Numbered from the stretch's first letter, positions 8,785-17,834 are shown. The stretch is 47,393 nt of DNA from a virus (IMGVR_UViG_3300036798_000553:1-47393); one strand, 5' to 3'. Notes: a model not told the origin generated them from the letters alone. Program-made: numbers and translations.

Positions 8785-11186
8785 GCTGTCCTCCGGTAGT
8801 TCGCGGTACCCGCGTAGGCGCGCTGCTCCACGCGTGGGGCCGCACGCTTCTGCTTGCGCTTCGGGTCCTTGTAGAGGAAGAAGTGGCACCCTGTGGACGC
8901 CGCGTCGACAGTGTCGTCGTTGGCGGTCTGGGGGTAGGCCAACTGCTCCTCCTCCAGGGGGACGAACTTGTCGGCGTGCACCACGCGCGGGTCGAGGTGC
9001 TTGTAGTAGCCGGCCAGCCTCGCGATGCGGGTGTCCTTGGGCTCGGACTGGGTTTTGACTTGGACGTGTACCGGCAGCTCCAGGAACGGGTCGGAAACGA
9101 AGTCGTGGCCCTGGTTGGTTTCGATGAGAATGGTGTCGATCTCGGGAAACCGCTCCAGAATGGATAGTACGTAGAGCTTCAGCTTGTGCGGCCGCATTTT
9201 CACGCGGTTGGCCCAGGCGACCTCGCACCGTGGGTGCGGCCCCGGTGGTAGCAGCTCGTCCGGCGCCGTGGGTGCGGATATGGATTCCGGCGGGGAAAGG
9301 GAAGCGCCCCAGCTCTGGTTGCCCGGAGTGCCGTTGTCGCGGCGCTGCTGGTGCCGCTGCCGGGCGGCCGTATCCCGATCCGTGAACGTGGGGTCGAAGA
9401 GGCTGCCCGCTGTGTCGCGGGCGCCGGGTGGAGCGCTGGTGGGTCGCGAGCGCCGGGTGCTGGTCGCGGCCAACAGGTGGGCGGGGATGAACTGGCGCAG
9501 GTCGGCGTAGAAGGCCTCGCGCTGGGCCTGTGAGGCACCGGGGGGCAGGCGGCGGCCCCGGCGGGCGGCCGCGCGGCGCAGGAACTCCTCGGCGGTACGG
9601 GGCTCGCCCTGGACGCTGCTCTCGGCCGGCACCCGCGAGTAGAGAAGGGCGCTGTCTCGCGGGTGCCGGCCGAGAGCAGCGGTGGACAGCCGTTGGGCTA
9701 CCTCCTCGAAGGCCGCCTCCGGGTTGGCCGGCTGGTAGCGGATCACGGCCAGGCCGGTGTAGTCAGAGGTGGCCGTTGCCGTTACCGCCGGGTCGATGGA
9801 CAGGATGGTGCGGGTGCAGCCGGCCAGGCGGGTGTAGGTGATGTCGCCGGATTCCCAGAAGTCCCCGTCGCCGACCGGATTGTTCTGCATATTTTTCATA
9901 AAGTCGTTGGTGCCCAGGCGGGGACGCAGTTCTTCTACCGGCCACTTTTCCGGCCACAGAGAGACGAGCTCTCCATCGGAGGGATTGATGGAGAGCGCGG
10001 GATAGTAGTGCCCCCGGAAGTTCTGCTCCCTGATCCAGTCGGCCACCAGGGCGCCGTAGCGATGTGGGTTGGTGGGAGTGGGGTGCTCGGGGGCGGTACC
10101 GGGGTTCAGCACGGACTGCACCATGTCGTGCATGATCGACCCGGCCATCGTGACGGTGCCGACCATCACCACCCGGGCGAACTCGTTCAGGTAGAGGATC
10201 TTGTCGCGCAGCCGGTTGACGCCCTTGAGCTTCATCGCGGTGGAGTATTTGTCCTCGGACGGCTCGATGTCGTCACATACGATCAGGCTCGGCCGCTCGT
10301 TGGAGCTGTTGACCAGACCGACAATCTTCCCGTCGATGGTATGCGCCTCGAAGGTGAAGCCGGACTCGGCCACGTAGGCGTTCTTATTGTCGTTGACCGC
10401 GTTTCCATTCGCCCTGCGCGCTGGCGTGCACAGTTCGGGGAAATCCTCGCGCAGGGCGGCGTTGTTGTCGATGTTGTCATGGAACTTCGCCAAGTGCTTC
10501 TGCACCTGGTCATCCGAATCCGAGAACGCCGCGATGAAGCGCTGGTGGCCGTGCGCCGCCGCCCACAGTGGGAGGATGGTAAATACCAGGGTACTTTTCC
10601 CAGCCCCGCGAGGGGCGATGTAGCAATCGCGGTCCTGGCGGGTGGTGCTGGCCGGGAACGCCCATTCTTCGCCGGCAATGAACAGGTCCACATGGAACTG
10701 GCAGAGCGTGATGCCGCCGTGTGAATCGGGAATACCGCTGCGGGTGAGCGCGTTCGGTGAGTCCAGCACCAGGTAGTGCGGGACGTAGAGCAGCGCCCAG
10801 AGGAACGGGTCGTAGCGGGTGGCCTCCCGGCGGCCGGCGGTCGAATCCAGCGCCCCGGAGGCGTACAGGCGCCTGAGCAGGCGGAACTTCTGCTTCAGGA
10901 AGGCTCTCGGGGTCGGATTGCCGCTGCCGGTGAGGCTCAGGCGGGGGGCGCCCCCGTCCTTGAGCAGCGGATTCGCGCGGGTGGTGGTGATGGGCGCAGC
11001 GGGTGCGTAGGGCGGCTGGGCCTGCCTGGGCGCTGCGGGGCGGTCTGGCTGCGGATGTGAGGAGGCGGAGCCGCTGGTGGTACGCCGGCGGCCGGTGTGG
11101 CCCGAGGAGGACACCTGGGCCGGGGGTGCGGGAGATTCCGCGCCGCGCCGCCGCGCCCGCCGGTCGGCCAGGCGAGTGGGTCGCAT
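8781..11186 (-). CDS. terL: terminase large subunit
   Basis: Walker A IAPRGAGKST, Walker B LIVCDD, MVGT, nuclease SIDPA...DYTG, IETNQG, NDDTVDA; start position uncertain. Confidence 0.92.
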   Translation of the reverse strand: MRPTRLADRRARRRGAESPAPPAQVSSSGHTGRRRTTSGSASSHPQPDRPAAPRQAQPPYAPAAPITTTRANPLLKDGGAPRLSLTGSGNPTPRAFLKQKFRLLRRLYASGALDSTAGRREATRYDPFLWALLYVPHYLVLDSPNALTRSGIPDSHGGITLCQFHVDLFIAGEEWAFPASTTRQDRDCYIAPRGAGKSTLVFTILPLWAAAHGHQRFIAAFSDSDDQVQKHLAKFHDNIDNNAALREDFPELCTPARRANGNAVNDNKNAYVAESGFTFEAHTIDGKIVGLVNSSNERPSLIVCDDIEPSEDKYSTAMKLKGVNRLRDKILYLNEFARVVMVGTVTMAGSIMHDMVQSVLNPGTAPEHPTPTNPHRYGALVADWIREQNFRGHYYPALSINPSDGELVSLWPEKWPVEELRPRLGTNDFMKNMQNNPVGDGDFWESGDITYTRLAGCTRTILSIDPAVTATATSDYTGLAVIRYQPANPEAAFEEVAQRLSTAALGRHPRDSALLYSRVPAESSVQGEPRTAEEFLRRAAARRGRRLPPGASQAQREAFYADLRQFIPAHLLAATSTRRSRPTSAPPGARDTAGSLFDPTFTDRDTAARQRHQQRRDNGTPGNQSWGASLSPPESISAPTAPDELLPPGPHPRCEVAWANRVKMRPHKLKLYVLSILERFPEIDTILIETNQGHDFVSDPFLELPVHVQVKTQSEPKDTRIARLAGYYKHLDPRVVHADKFVPLEEEQLAYPQTANDDTVDAASTGCHFFLYKDPKRKQKRAAPRVEQRAYAGTANYRRTA

Positions 11187-11303
11187 CGGGCCTCCTGGTG
11201 GGCGGTAGTGGAGCGGCGAGCCGCGGTCGGGTGGGTATGGGTCAGCAGCGGTGCGTTACACCGCTGTTCGGCGCAGTGTAGCGCACGAAGGCGCACGTGC
11301 GGG

Positions 11304-11654
11304 CTAGTCGAATTTTGGCGCCCCGGCCAGGATGCTGGAACAGGGGCACGCCGAGCCCACCGCCACGCCCAGTTCATGCAGGATGCGGTGCCAGAGCAAC
11401 AGTGTGCCGCGGGGCATGGGTGATTCTTCCGCATTGTGCTCGACAGCGCGCAGCGCCTTGACGGCCGCGGTGACATTGTTGCGGTGCGCCACGGCCAAGG
11501 CTTGGTGCGGCAGCAGGAGGGAGGATTCGTCTGGCGTGGTCTGGATTCGCTGCCGCAGGTTCGCGCAGATCGTGTGGGTGATGTGTTCGAGCCGCAGCGC
11601 GAAAGGCAGCAGTGCACGGCTGTCACGCTGCGCGGGGATGACGGAGGCGCTCAT
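11304..11654 (-). CDS. hypothetical protein
   Basis: AGGAG RBS and ATGA coupling to the upstream gene. Confidence 0.5.
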   Translation of the reverse strand: MSASVIPAQRDSRALLPFALRLEHITHTICANLRQRIQTTPDESSLLLPHQALAVAHRNNVTAAVKALRAVEHNAEESPMPRGTLLLWHRILHELGVAVGSACPCSSILAGAPKFD

Positions 11655-11971
11655 CGGACACTCCTGTTGATCACATGCAGCGCTGAGGTATTCGGGTGTG
11701 CGTCCCCGCCGGCCAATAGGCGGGCGTGGGTACTTGTGTTAATTCCTAAATTAATTTCATGAAGATTAGCGCACATACCGTCTATCTCCTCTGGCTTGAT
11801 AGCGCCGGGGTGTTTGGCTGCCACCTTGCCTAGTTCAATGCGGCAGCGGTTGAAGTCTCCCCCTCGGCCCCAGTCGATGAGGTCCCCGCCCTTGCCGCCG
11901 ATGGACCAGTAGCGCCGCAGCGCCTCGGGCATGGAGCCGTGGGGCCGGGATTCAGATTCAGCTCTACTCAT
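11651..11971 (-). CDS. conserved actinophage hypothetical protein
   Basis: LRRYW..GKGG..IDWG..GDFNRC...GMCANLH, a motif I recognise from actinophage head-module proteins. Confidence 0.65.
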   Translation of the reverse strand: MSRAESESRPHGSMPEALRRYWSIGGKGGDLIDWGRGGDFNRCRIELGKVAAKHPGAIKPEEIDGMCANLHEINLGINTSTHARLLAGGDAHPNTSALHVINRSVR

Positions 11972-12151
11972 GGAAGCGTACTATACCTCCTCGAAGTAGG
12001 GCACATTACATTTTCACCACAAAATGCTCAAAATTAGCAAAACTCACTGAAATGCTAGCAATTTCAGCGTTCCTTCCAGCACCCCACTCCCAAGATCAAT
12101 GGACACCCCTAAATTTGATCTTTACCATCTTGTGACCCCACCGGCGAACCG

Positions 12152-12164
12152 GGTAGGGTACATT
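12152..12164 (+). promoter_or_regulatory. repeated motif GGTAGGGTACATT (contains a -10-like TACATT)
   Basis: 40 nt upstream of the ATG at 12204; recurs at 42631, 45388 and inverted at 35252. Confidence 0.6.
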
Positions 12165-12203
12165 CGTGCTGTCAGCCAAGCACCACCGACCAGGGGAGTT
12201 CAC

Positions 12204-12653
12204 ATGGACGCCAAGACCTACGCAGAGGAGAAGCCACGGTGGACCGTGGCCTACCGCACCACCCGCAACCGCGGAGTCTTCCATCGCGTCTCCCTCGAAC
12301 TCACGTGGCATCAAGCCGTGGACATGGCCACCTACCTTGTCAGGGTGCTCGACACGGCCGTCTGGTACGTCCCCAACCGCCAGGCGGAGTTGGACGGCTG
12401 GACCGCGATCGAGGACGTGCAGAACGTCATGGTGGACTCCGGCCGCCGCGTGCGCATCGCTGAGGATGGCGTGCTCCCGTTCGACACCAACCCGCCGGTC
12501 GCCCTGTGGTCGGAGGCCTCCGGCACACCCGACCCTGTCAGCCGACCCGCCGACCCGTTCGCCACCATTCCGAACGCCCACAGCGCCTACAGCGACCCTG
12601 CGGTCCGGTCCGCGATCCGCGAGACTGTCCGCCAGAATTCATGGCCGCTGTGA
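12204..12653 (+). CDS. hypothetical protein
   Basis: GGGGAG RBS, MDAKTYAEEK... Confidence 0.7.
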   Translation: MDAKTYAEEKPRWTVAYRTTRNRGVFHRVSLELTWHQAVDMATYLVRVLDTAVWYVPNRQAELDGWTAIEDVQNVMVDSGRRVRIAEDGVLPFDTNPPVALWSEASGTPDPVSRPADPFATIPNAHSAYSDPAVRSAIRETVRQNSWPL

Positions 12654-12832
12654 CCGGCTCTGGCCTCACGGCCTACGGCTGGATTCAGGTCGACCCGAAT
12701 GCCTGCCCCGACGGCTGCTCCAACTGCGGAGGCTGCTCTCACCTCCGCTGCACCACGCACGAGAACTACTGCCACTGCCCCCAACCCGACCCGAACACCG
12801 ATTTCCGTCCTACCGGAGGAGCGACCGCATGA
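12650..12832 (+). CDS. small Cys-rich hypothetical protein
   Basis: GTGA and ATGA overlaps on both sides; CPDGCSNCGGC..C..CHC. Confidence 0.5.
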   Translation: MTGSGLTAYGWIQVDPNACPDGCSNCGGCSHLRCTTHENYCHCPQPDPNTDFRPTGGATA

Positions 12833-13593
12833 CCAACCTTCTGGACTGCGGACACGTCGCCGTGCCGGACGGAATCGGTACCGGCTACGCGACCGACCCC
12901 GACACGAACACCACTCTGTGCTACTCGTGCGCCGATAAGCGTGAGCGCGCTGCCATGGCGAACGCGACCGCTTTCATCTGCTACGTGTCCACCGACGCCC
13001 GCACGCTGACCACCTGGTCCGGCGGATCACTGGCCACCATCGACCACACCGACACCAACCAGCCCGGCAACCGCCGGTGCACACCCACCGGCGGCTACTG
13101 GTCCCGCTACGCCTGGCATGCGACCGATCCGGCTGGCAACCGCTGGTACGGCGTCAACGGTGGCCCCGGAATGTTCATCCGCATCCGCAGAATCAAGGGA
13201 GCCACCGCCATGAGCGACACCGACGTCCGCCTCTACACCGCAGTCAAAATCGTGACCGAAAACGACACCAACGGCAATCCGCGTCGCGGCTGGCTAATTC
13301 ACGCCCTGCCGGCCGGCGGCCTGGTCGGTTTCGCGGCCGATAACTACCGCGGCCACGTCGCGCTCAGCACCGCGGCCGCCATTCTGGCCGGCAACCAGCA
13401 CGCTGCACAAGCCGGGCGTGTCAACGGTGCGATCGAATCCACCGGTCCGAAGGGAACGGTCCGCATCATCGAGCTGTGCGAGCTGGACGTGCGTCCGATG
13501 GAGTACCGCTTGGCCTGCCAGATGGGCACCAAGAAGGACGCCTTCTACGACCCGAAGCTGACCGCCGAGGAACAGACGCACAGGCAGTTCTGA
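12829..13593 (+). CDS. hypothetical protein with an internal in-frame start at 13210
   Basis: GGAGGAG RBS, MTNLLDCGH...CYSC; second AAGGGAG plus ATG in frame. Confidence 0.7.
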   Translation: MTNLLDCGHVAVPDGIGTGYATDPDTNTTLCYSCADKRERAAMANATAFICYVSTDARTLTTWSGGSLATIDHTDTNQPGNRRCTPTGGYWSRYAWHATDPAGNRWYGVNGGPGMFIRIRRIKGATAMSDTDVRLYTAVKIVTENDTNGNPRRGWLIHALPAGGLVGFAADNYRGHVALSTAAAILAGNQHAAQAGRVNGAIESTGPKGTVRIIELCELDVRPMEYRLACQMGTKKDAFYDPKLTAEEQTHRQF

Positions 13594-13713
13594 CACGCGA
13601 ATGGTGCGTAGCACCACGAGCCTCTGACCACAGTCCAGCGCGCGGCCGGCAGCGTCCGCCCGTTGGCTCGGTAGCCAGAGCCACCGAACCCACTCACCAG
13701 AGGACTGATACGC

Positions 13714-14532
13714 ATGTTCGCAACTGATCTCGACACCGACACGCTGGAGAAGGCCGCGCGCGAGGCGTTGACGCGCCCGTCGGACTTCGGTTACTTCGGA
13801 GATCTGCCCCTGTTCGAGTCCTGGGGATTCGTCGGCGGCCAGAATGCCGCCTCGGGCACGGTAGAGCGCAGCAACTACCGCGTGACGCTGGCAGAGCTAC
13901 AGGGCCGCGCCACGCACGACGACGGCGACCGGGCAGAGGACCCGTCCGAGTACGTGCAGGAAGTGCCGGTCTCCGATTGGCTGGTCGGCAGCGCCGATCA
14001 CCTGGCCGCCCGGGTGCTGATCGACCCGGACGGACCGGTGGAAGCCGAGAACCTGACCGCGACGTTCATCCGTGCCACCGAACTTGCCCTGTCCCTACAG
14101 GACTACCCCGTGTTGGACGAGTCCGACTGGTCCGAACTGGAGTCCGAGGAGCAGGAAGCGGCTTGGGATTCGTGGCTGAGCACGGTGGTTCTCGATGACA
14201 TCACCGAACACTTCGGAGTCGACGACATCGACGAACTCACCCTTGCCGCGTCCGACACGAAGTTCGACAGCTACAACAAGATCAGTGATCTGTACTCGGA
14301 CACGAACGCGGAAGCCGTCCGGGAGGCCTACTACCGCCACGATTCGACCGAATGGGTAGAAGAAGGCACCTCGTTCTACAACGCACGGCATGAAAACGTG
14401 GTGCGGGACCTGATCGAGCGGCTGTTCGTCCCGCGCGCGGAGCAGATTGACAGCGCCCACTCCACGGCGCTGGTCGAGGACACCGACCGCACCAACGGCC
14501 CAAATCAGCTCACGCTGGACGTGGCGGAGTGA
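13714..14532 (+). CDS. acidic hypothetical protein
   Basis: 272 aa, GAGG RBS, GC-rich third positions. Confidence 0.75.
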   Translation: MFATDLDTDTLEKAAREALTRPSDFGYFGDLPLFESWGFVGGQNAASGTVERSNYRVTLAELQGRATHDDGDRAEDPSEYVQEVPVSDWLVGSADHLAARVLIDPDGPVEAENLTATFIRATELALSLQDYPVLDESDWSELESEEQEAAWDSWLSTVVLDDITEHFGVDDIDELTLAASDTKFDSYNKISDLYSDTNAEAVREAYYRHDSTEWVEEGTSFYNARHENVVRDLIERLFVPRAEQIDSAHSTALVEDTDRTNGPNQLTLDVAE

Positions 14533-15794
14533 CAACCGCCGACACGCTCGATCGGCTGTTCGAGCGGTTCCGAGTCGACGCTCGTGTGTCCACGGTGGAC
14601 GTCGGACCGACCTATACGCGTTACGCCGTCTCCCTGGGAGACGGCGTAGCCGTCGAACGGGTGATCCGGCTCCAGCGCACGATTGCCGTTGCGACACAAC
14701 AGGAAGCCGCGCGGGTGACCGTCGGCGCCGAACTGGCGGTAGAAGTCCCAAATGTCACCCGCCGGATCGTGCCACTACACCCGTTGTCCGGGCCGCCGCT
14801 GACCGTGCCGGTCGGCGAGACTGTCCAGAACAGACCGATCAAAACCGACCTGGCAAGACTCCCCCACCTGTTGGTGGCAGGATCGACCGGATCGGGTAAG
14901 TCGAGTTTTCTCAACGCCGCGCTGTGCACGCTGCTAGCCCAACCGCCGGACGCGGTCCGGCTGGTCCTGATCGACCCCAAACGGGTGGAGTTCACGCCCT
15001 ACGCCGCAGCACCGCACCTGTGGTGTCCGGTCCTGACCGATACCGGCGAGTCCGTCACCGCGCTCGAACAGTTGGGTGCGGTGATGGAGGACCGGTACGC
15101 CGCACTCGCCACGGCCGGCGCGCGTGAGGTGACCACCGAGTTCCCGCGGATCGTGGTAGTGGTCGATGAGTTGGCAGACCTGATGTTCGCCGACCGCAAG
15201 CGGGTGGAGGCAGCCGTCGTACGGATCGCCCAGAAGGCCCGTGCGGTAGGCATTCACCTCGTACTGGCCACTCAGCGCCCGTCGGTGGACGTGGTCACCG
15301 GTCTGATCAAAGCCAACGTGCCGGCCCGGGTGTCGTTCGTGCTGCCCTCCCAGATCGACTCCCGGGTGGTGCTGGACCGTACCGGTGCGGAGCATCTCCT
15401 GGGGCACGGTGACGGTCTGTTCTCCCCCGTGGCCGCGCACGCCCCCGTCCGGTTCCAAGGCGCGCTGGTGACGGACACCGAGGTCCAACAGGCTGTCCGC
15501 CGCGCTGCCTACCGCTGGCCCGCCCCCGCGGCCCACACGCCCCGCCGCACACTCGCCGACGTGCCAGAGCCCGTCCTGTCCGCTACGACCACCACCGGTG
15601 CCCTCACGGCCGTCTGCGAGGCAGTCTTGGCTTGGGCCAGCATTACCGGCCGCACGATCACCCGACGCCAGGTGCACGAGATGGCGTCCACCCTGCTGGC
15701 CCGCCGCTCGATCCCGGCCGTCCCGCCGGACGCCTGGCTGCTCCCCCTGGTAGCCCAGCAGGCCGCTTCCGTCGGTCTGGCAACCGCCTTCTGA
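14529..15794 (+). CDS. FtsK/SpoIIIE-family ATPase lacking the N-terminal membrane region
   Basis: PHLLVAGSTGSGKS, LIDPKRVE, VVVVDELADLM, KARAVGIHLVLATQRPS, GAEHLLGHGDGL. Confidence 0.93.
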   Translation: MTTADTLDRLFERFRVDARVSTVDVGPTYTRYAVSLGDGVAVERVIRLQRTIAVATQQEAARVTVGAELAVEVPNVTRRIVPLHPLSGPPLTVPVGETVQNRPIKTDLARLPHLLVAGSTGSGKSSFLNAALCTLLAQPPDAVRLVLIDPKRVEFTPYAAAPHLWCPVLTDTGESVTALEQLGAVMEDRYAALATAGAREVTTEFPRIVVVVDELADLMFADRKRVEAAVVRIAQKARAVGIHLVLATQRPSVDVVTGLIKANVPARVSFVLPSQIDSRVVLDRTGAEHLLGHGDGLFSPVAAHAPVRFQGALVTDTEVQQAVRRAAYRWPAPAAHTPRRTLADVPEPVLSATTTTGALTAVCEAVLAWASITGRTITRRQVHEMASTLLARRSIPAVPPDAWLLPLVAQQAASVGLATAF

Positions 15795-15810
15795 CCCGCG
15801 TTCCCACCGA

Positions 15811-15836
15811 CCCCCGGCCAAACGGCCGGGGGTTTC
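15811..15836 (+). terminator. intrinsic terminator
   Basis: CCCCCGGCC-AAAC-GGCCGGGGG followed by TTT, just after the FtsK-like stop. Confidence 0.7.
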
Positions 15837-15847
15837 CGCGTGCCCAG

Positions 15848-15948
15848 AAACGGACAAATAGTACAAGGGCAAAACGGACGTTTAGTACAAGTCAGGCGTC
15901 GGTCAAATCGGACATTTTGGATAATCCAGGTATAGGTCAAATCGGACG
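15848..15948. repeat. short direct repeats next to AT-rich DNA
   Basis: AAACGGAC x2, TAGTACAAG x2, GGTCAAATCGGAC x2. Confidence 0.6.
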
Positions 15949-16208
15949 TAGCGGAAGTCGATCAAGAGCGGCGGCGCCCGGATGGACCGAGTAATATGTC
16001 CTTTATACTAAGTTTATAAGCGCTAGCGCTGCCTAGATATGGAAATTTTTAATTATCAATTAAGTACTTTTAGAACTGTCCACATTGAACATTTTTATTG
16101 CCTGAATAAGATAACTGGAGCAAAGGAAGCGCGAAAACGCAAGCGACCATCTGACAGGGTCCTGAGTCTGCGGTGCATATGCAATACTGCATGCAGGGAA
16201 CTCTGTAG

Positions 16209-16550
16209 CTAAATGTCACCTTCTAGATACGAAGCAGCACGCATAGCGTTGTAGGCGCTGTTGTTCAGGAATCCGATAGCCCTGTTGCAGCTAACACACA
16301 GCCAGCCTCTGAAGACCGAGGTCTGCGGATGTTCGTCGTAGCACGGAGGAGTCATAGGTCTTTCGCAGATTCCGCAAGGCTTGCCTCTCATCTGGTCTCT
16401 CTGCTTGACGGTTGCTCTGTAGCGCCTCCTCCACATAATCATGCACGCTCGACAGGCTCTCGTCGACACCATGCGCTCCGTGCCACCGCACCTAGGGCAA
16501 GCAGCACCCTCGAACGTCTCGGGCTCAGCTCCGCCTGGGAGACCTCCCAT
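16209..16550 (-). CDS. endonuclease VII-like (His-Me finger) protein
   Basis: CGIC...YDEHPQTSVFRGWLCVSCNRAIG plus an N-terminal CxxC..CxxC; start uncertain. Confidence 0.75.
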   Translation of the reverse strand: MGGLPGGAEPETFEGAACPRCGGTERMVSTRACRACMIMWRRRYRATVKQRDQMRGKPCGICERPMTPPCYDEHPQTSVFRGWLCVSCNRAIGFLNNSAYNAMRAASYLEGDI

Positions 16551-16672
16551 GCACACCAACCTCTCTGAAAGTATATCTACGGCAGTATAACACAATTACC
16601 AGAGCTTCGACAGTGGCTGCTTGCTCTAAAAAGCACATTGAGTTTATCTCCGCGAGCATTTATCCAAAGTAG

Positions 16673-16826
16673 TCTGGCCCTCCTTTTCAAGGAGGGTGGT
16701 TTCTCCTTGGCCTGACCCTCCTTTTAGGACAGACGCTTGCTGAGCACCTATGTCCAGGGTGGTCTGGCCCTCCTTTTAGGACAGACGGTACAAAGCGGAC
16801 AGGCAAGATCATCTGGCCCTCCTTTT
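16673..16826. repeat. four direct repeats of CTG(G/A)CCCTCCTTTT
   Basis: copies near 16674, 16712, 16764 and 16813; two extend with AGGACAGACG. Confidence 0.8.
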
Positions 16827-16867
16827 TCGAACAAGTGTTCGAACGGCTTACTCGAACAGGTGTTCGG
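16827..16867. promoter_or_regulatory. tandem actinobacterial LexA (SOS) boxes
   Basis: TCGAAC-AAGT-GTTCGA (16827-16842, perfect) and TCGAAC-AGGT-GTTCGG (16852-16867). Confidence 0.65.
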
Positions 16868-17609
16868 GGTCCCACCGGGCCACAGTCGCGGGCCGGGCGG
16901 CCCAGTCTCGAACGCCGAGCATCCGCATCCGTACGGCGCCGACGGGGATGCCGGTTGCTGCCGGCTGAGAGGGCCGTGGAACGCCTGGGGGGAGTTCCCG
17001 GCGGTTCTCTGCTCGGGAGCGGATCTCGGCCGCCCTGGAGGCGCTGAGGGCCTTCAGCTCGGGCAGGAGGTTCGCCACCCGCAGATCCTCGGCTTTGACG
17101 TGCACGTTCGCCGTCTCCAGGCGCTTGGGGGCGTCCGAGCCGATCGTGTCGGCGACCCGCTTCAGGAGCGTGGCGAGCGTCGTGGCGGCCTGGAGCACCG
17201 GCTTGGCGTCTTGCAACGGCGGAAGATCCGGGTCGGTGACCCACTTGGCCAGCGCTTCGTCCCATCGCTGCTGGTAGACCACCCGGCCCTCGCTCACGTA
17301 CGGGTGGTCGGCCCGCAGCACGTCGATGACCTTCTCGGTGGCCTCGTCGAGCTGGAGAAGCGCCAGCTCACGGCGCTGGTCGACGGTCTTCCAGGGCACC
17401 AGCTCCAGCGCCTGGCGGTACAGCAGCGAGATCGTCGACTGCGCCAAACCGAGCTGCTTGGCGATCTGCTGTTGCGTCAGACCGTCGACCATCAGCTCTC
17501 TGACCTGCTCCAACTGTTCAGCTCGACGGTGCGTCACCACAACCGTGTTGCCCTTTGGTCGTCCAGGTCTTCCATGTCTATCAGGAACTTTCGTACCATC
17601 CCACTTCAT
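16848..17609 (-). CDS. HTH protein, probable terminase small subunit
   Basis: GLTQQQIAKQLGLAQSTIS HTH followed by RRELALLQLD and IGSDAP, a pattern seen in actinophage TerS. Confidence 0.65.
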   Translation of the reverse strand: MKWDGTKVPDRHGRPGRPKGNTVVVTHRRAEQLEQVRELMVDGLTQQQIAKQLGLAQSTISLLYRQALELVPWKTVDQRRELALLQLDEATEKVIDVLRADHPYVSEGRVVYQQRWDEALAKWVTDPDLPPLQDAKPVLQAATTLATLLKRVADTIGSDAPKRLETANVHVKAEDLRVANLLPELKALSASRAAEIRSRAENRRELPPGVPRPSQPAATGIPVGAVRMRMLGVRDWAARPATVARWDPEHLFE

Positions 17610-17743
17610 AAATCCCCCACTATATCATAGTGATATCACATTATCGATTTTTATCGATTTCTTATGCAAATGCCAGTAAAGTCCGATTTATACACATTTT
17701 TCATTACTCTGCGCTCAACTACTCACAGTCACGTGATCGACAC

Positions 17744-17826
17744 GTAACCGCTGTAACCGCAGTCCTGGCGATTGAAGAAAATTCTCTCTCATTAGGCTTG
17801 AGTGGGCATGCGGTTACAGCGGTTAC
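17744..17826. repeat. 18-bp perfect inverted repeat, candidate replication origin
   Basis: GTAACCGCTGTAACCGCA (17744-17761) / TGCGGTTACAGCGGTTAC (17809-17826). Confidence 0.7.
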
Positions 17827-17834
17827 ATCCCTGG

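Noticed and set aside
9240-9735. Intein in TerL
   Set aside because: No Cys/Ser start block, no His-Asn end and no LAGLIDADG motif.
16673-16826. CRISPR mini-array
   Set aside because: Repeat core is only ~14 bp, spacing is irregular and no cas genes are present.
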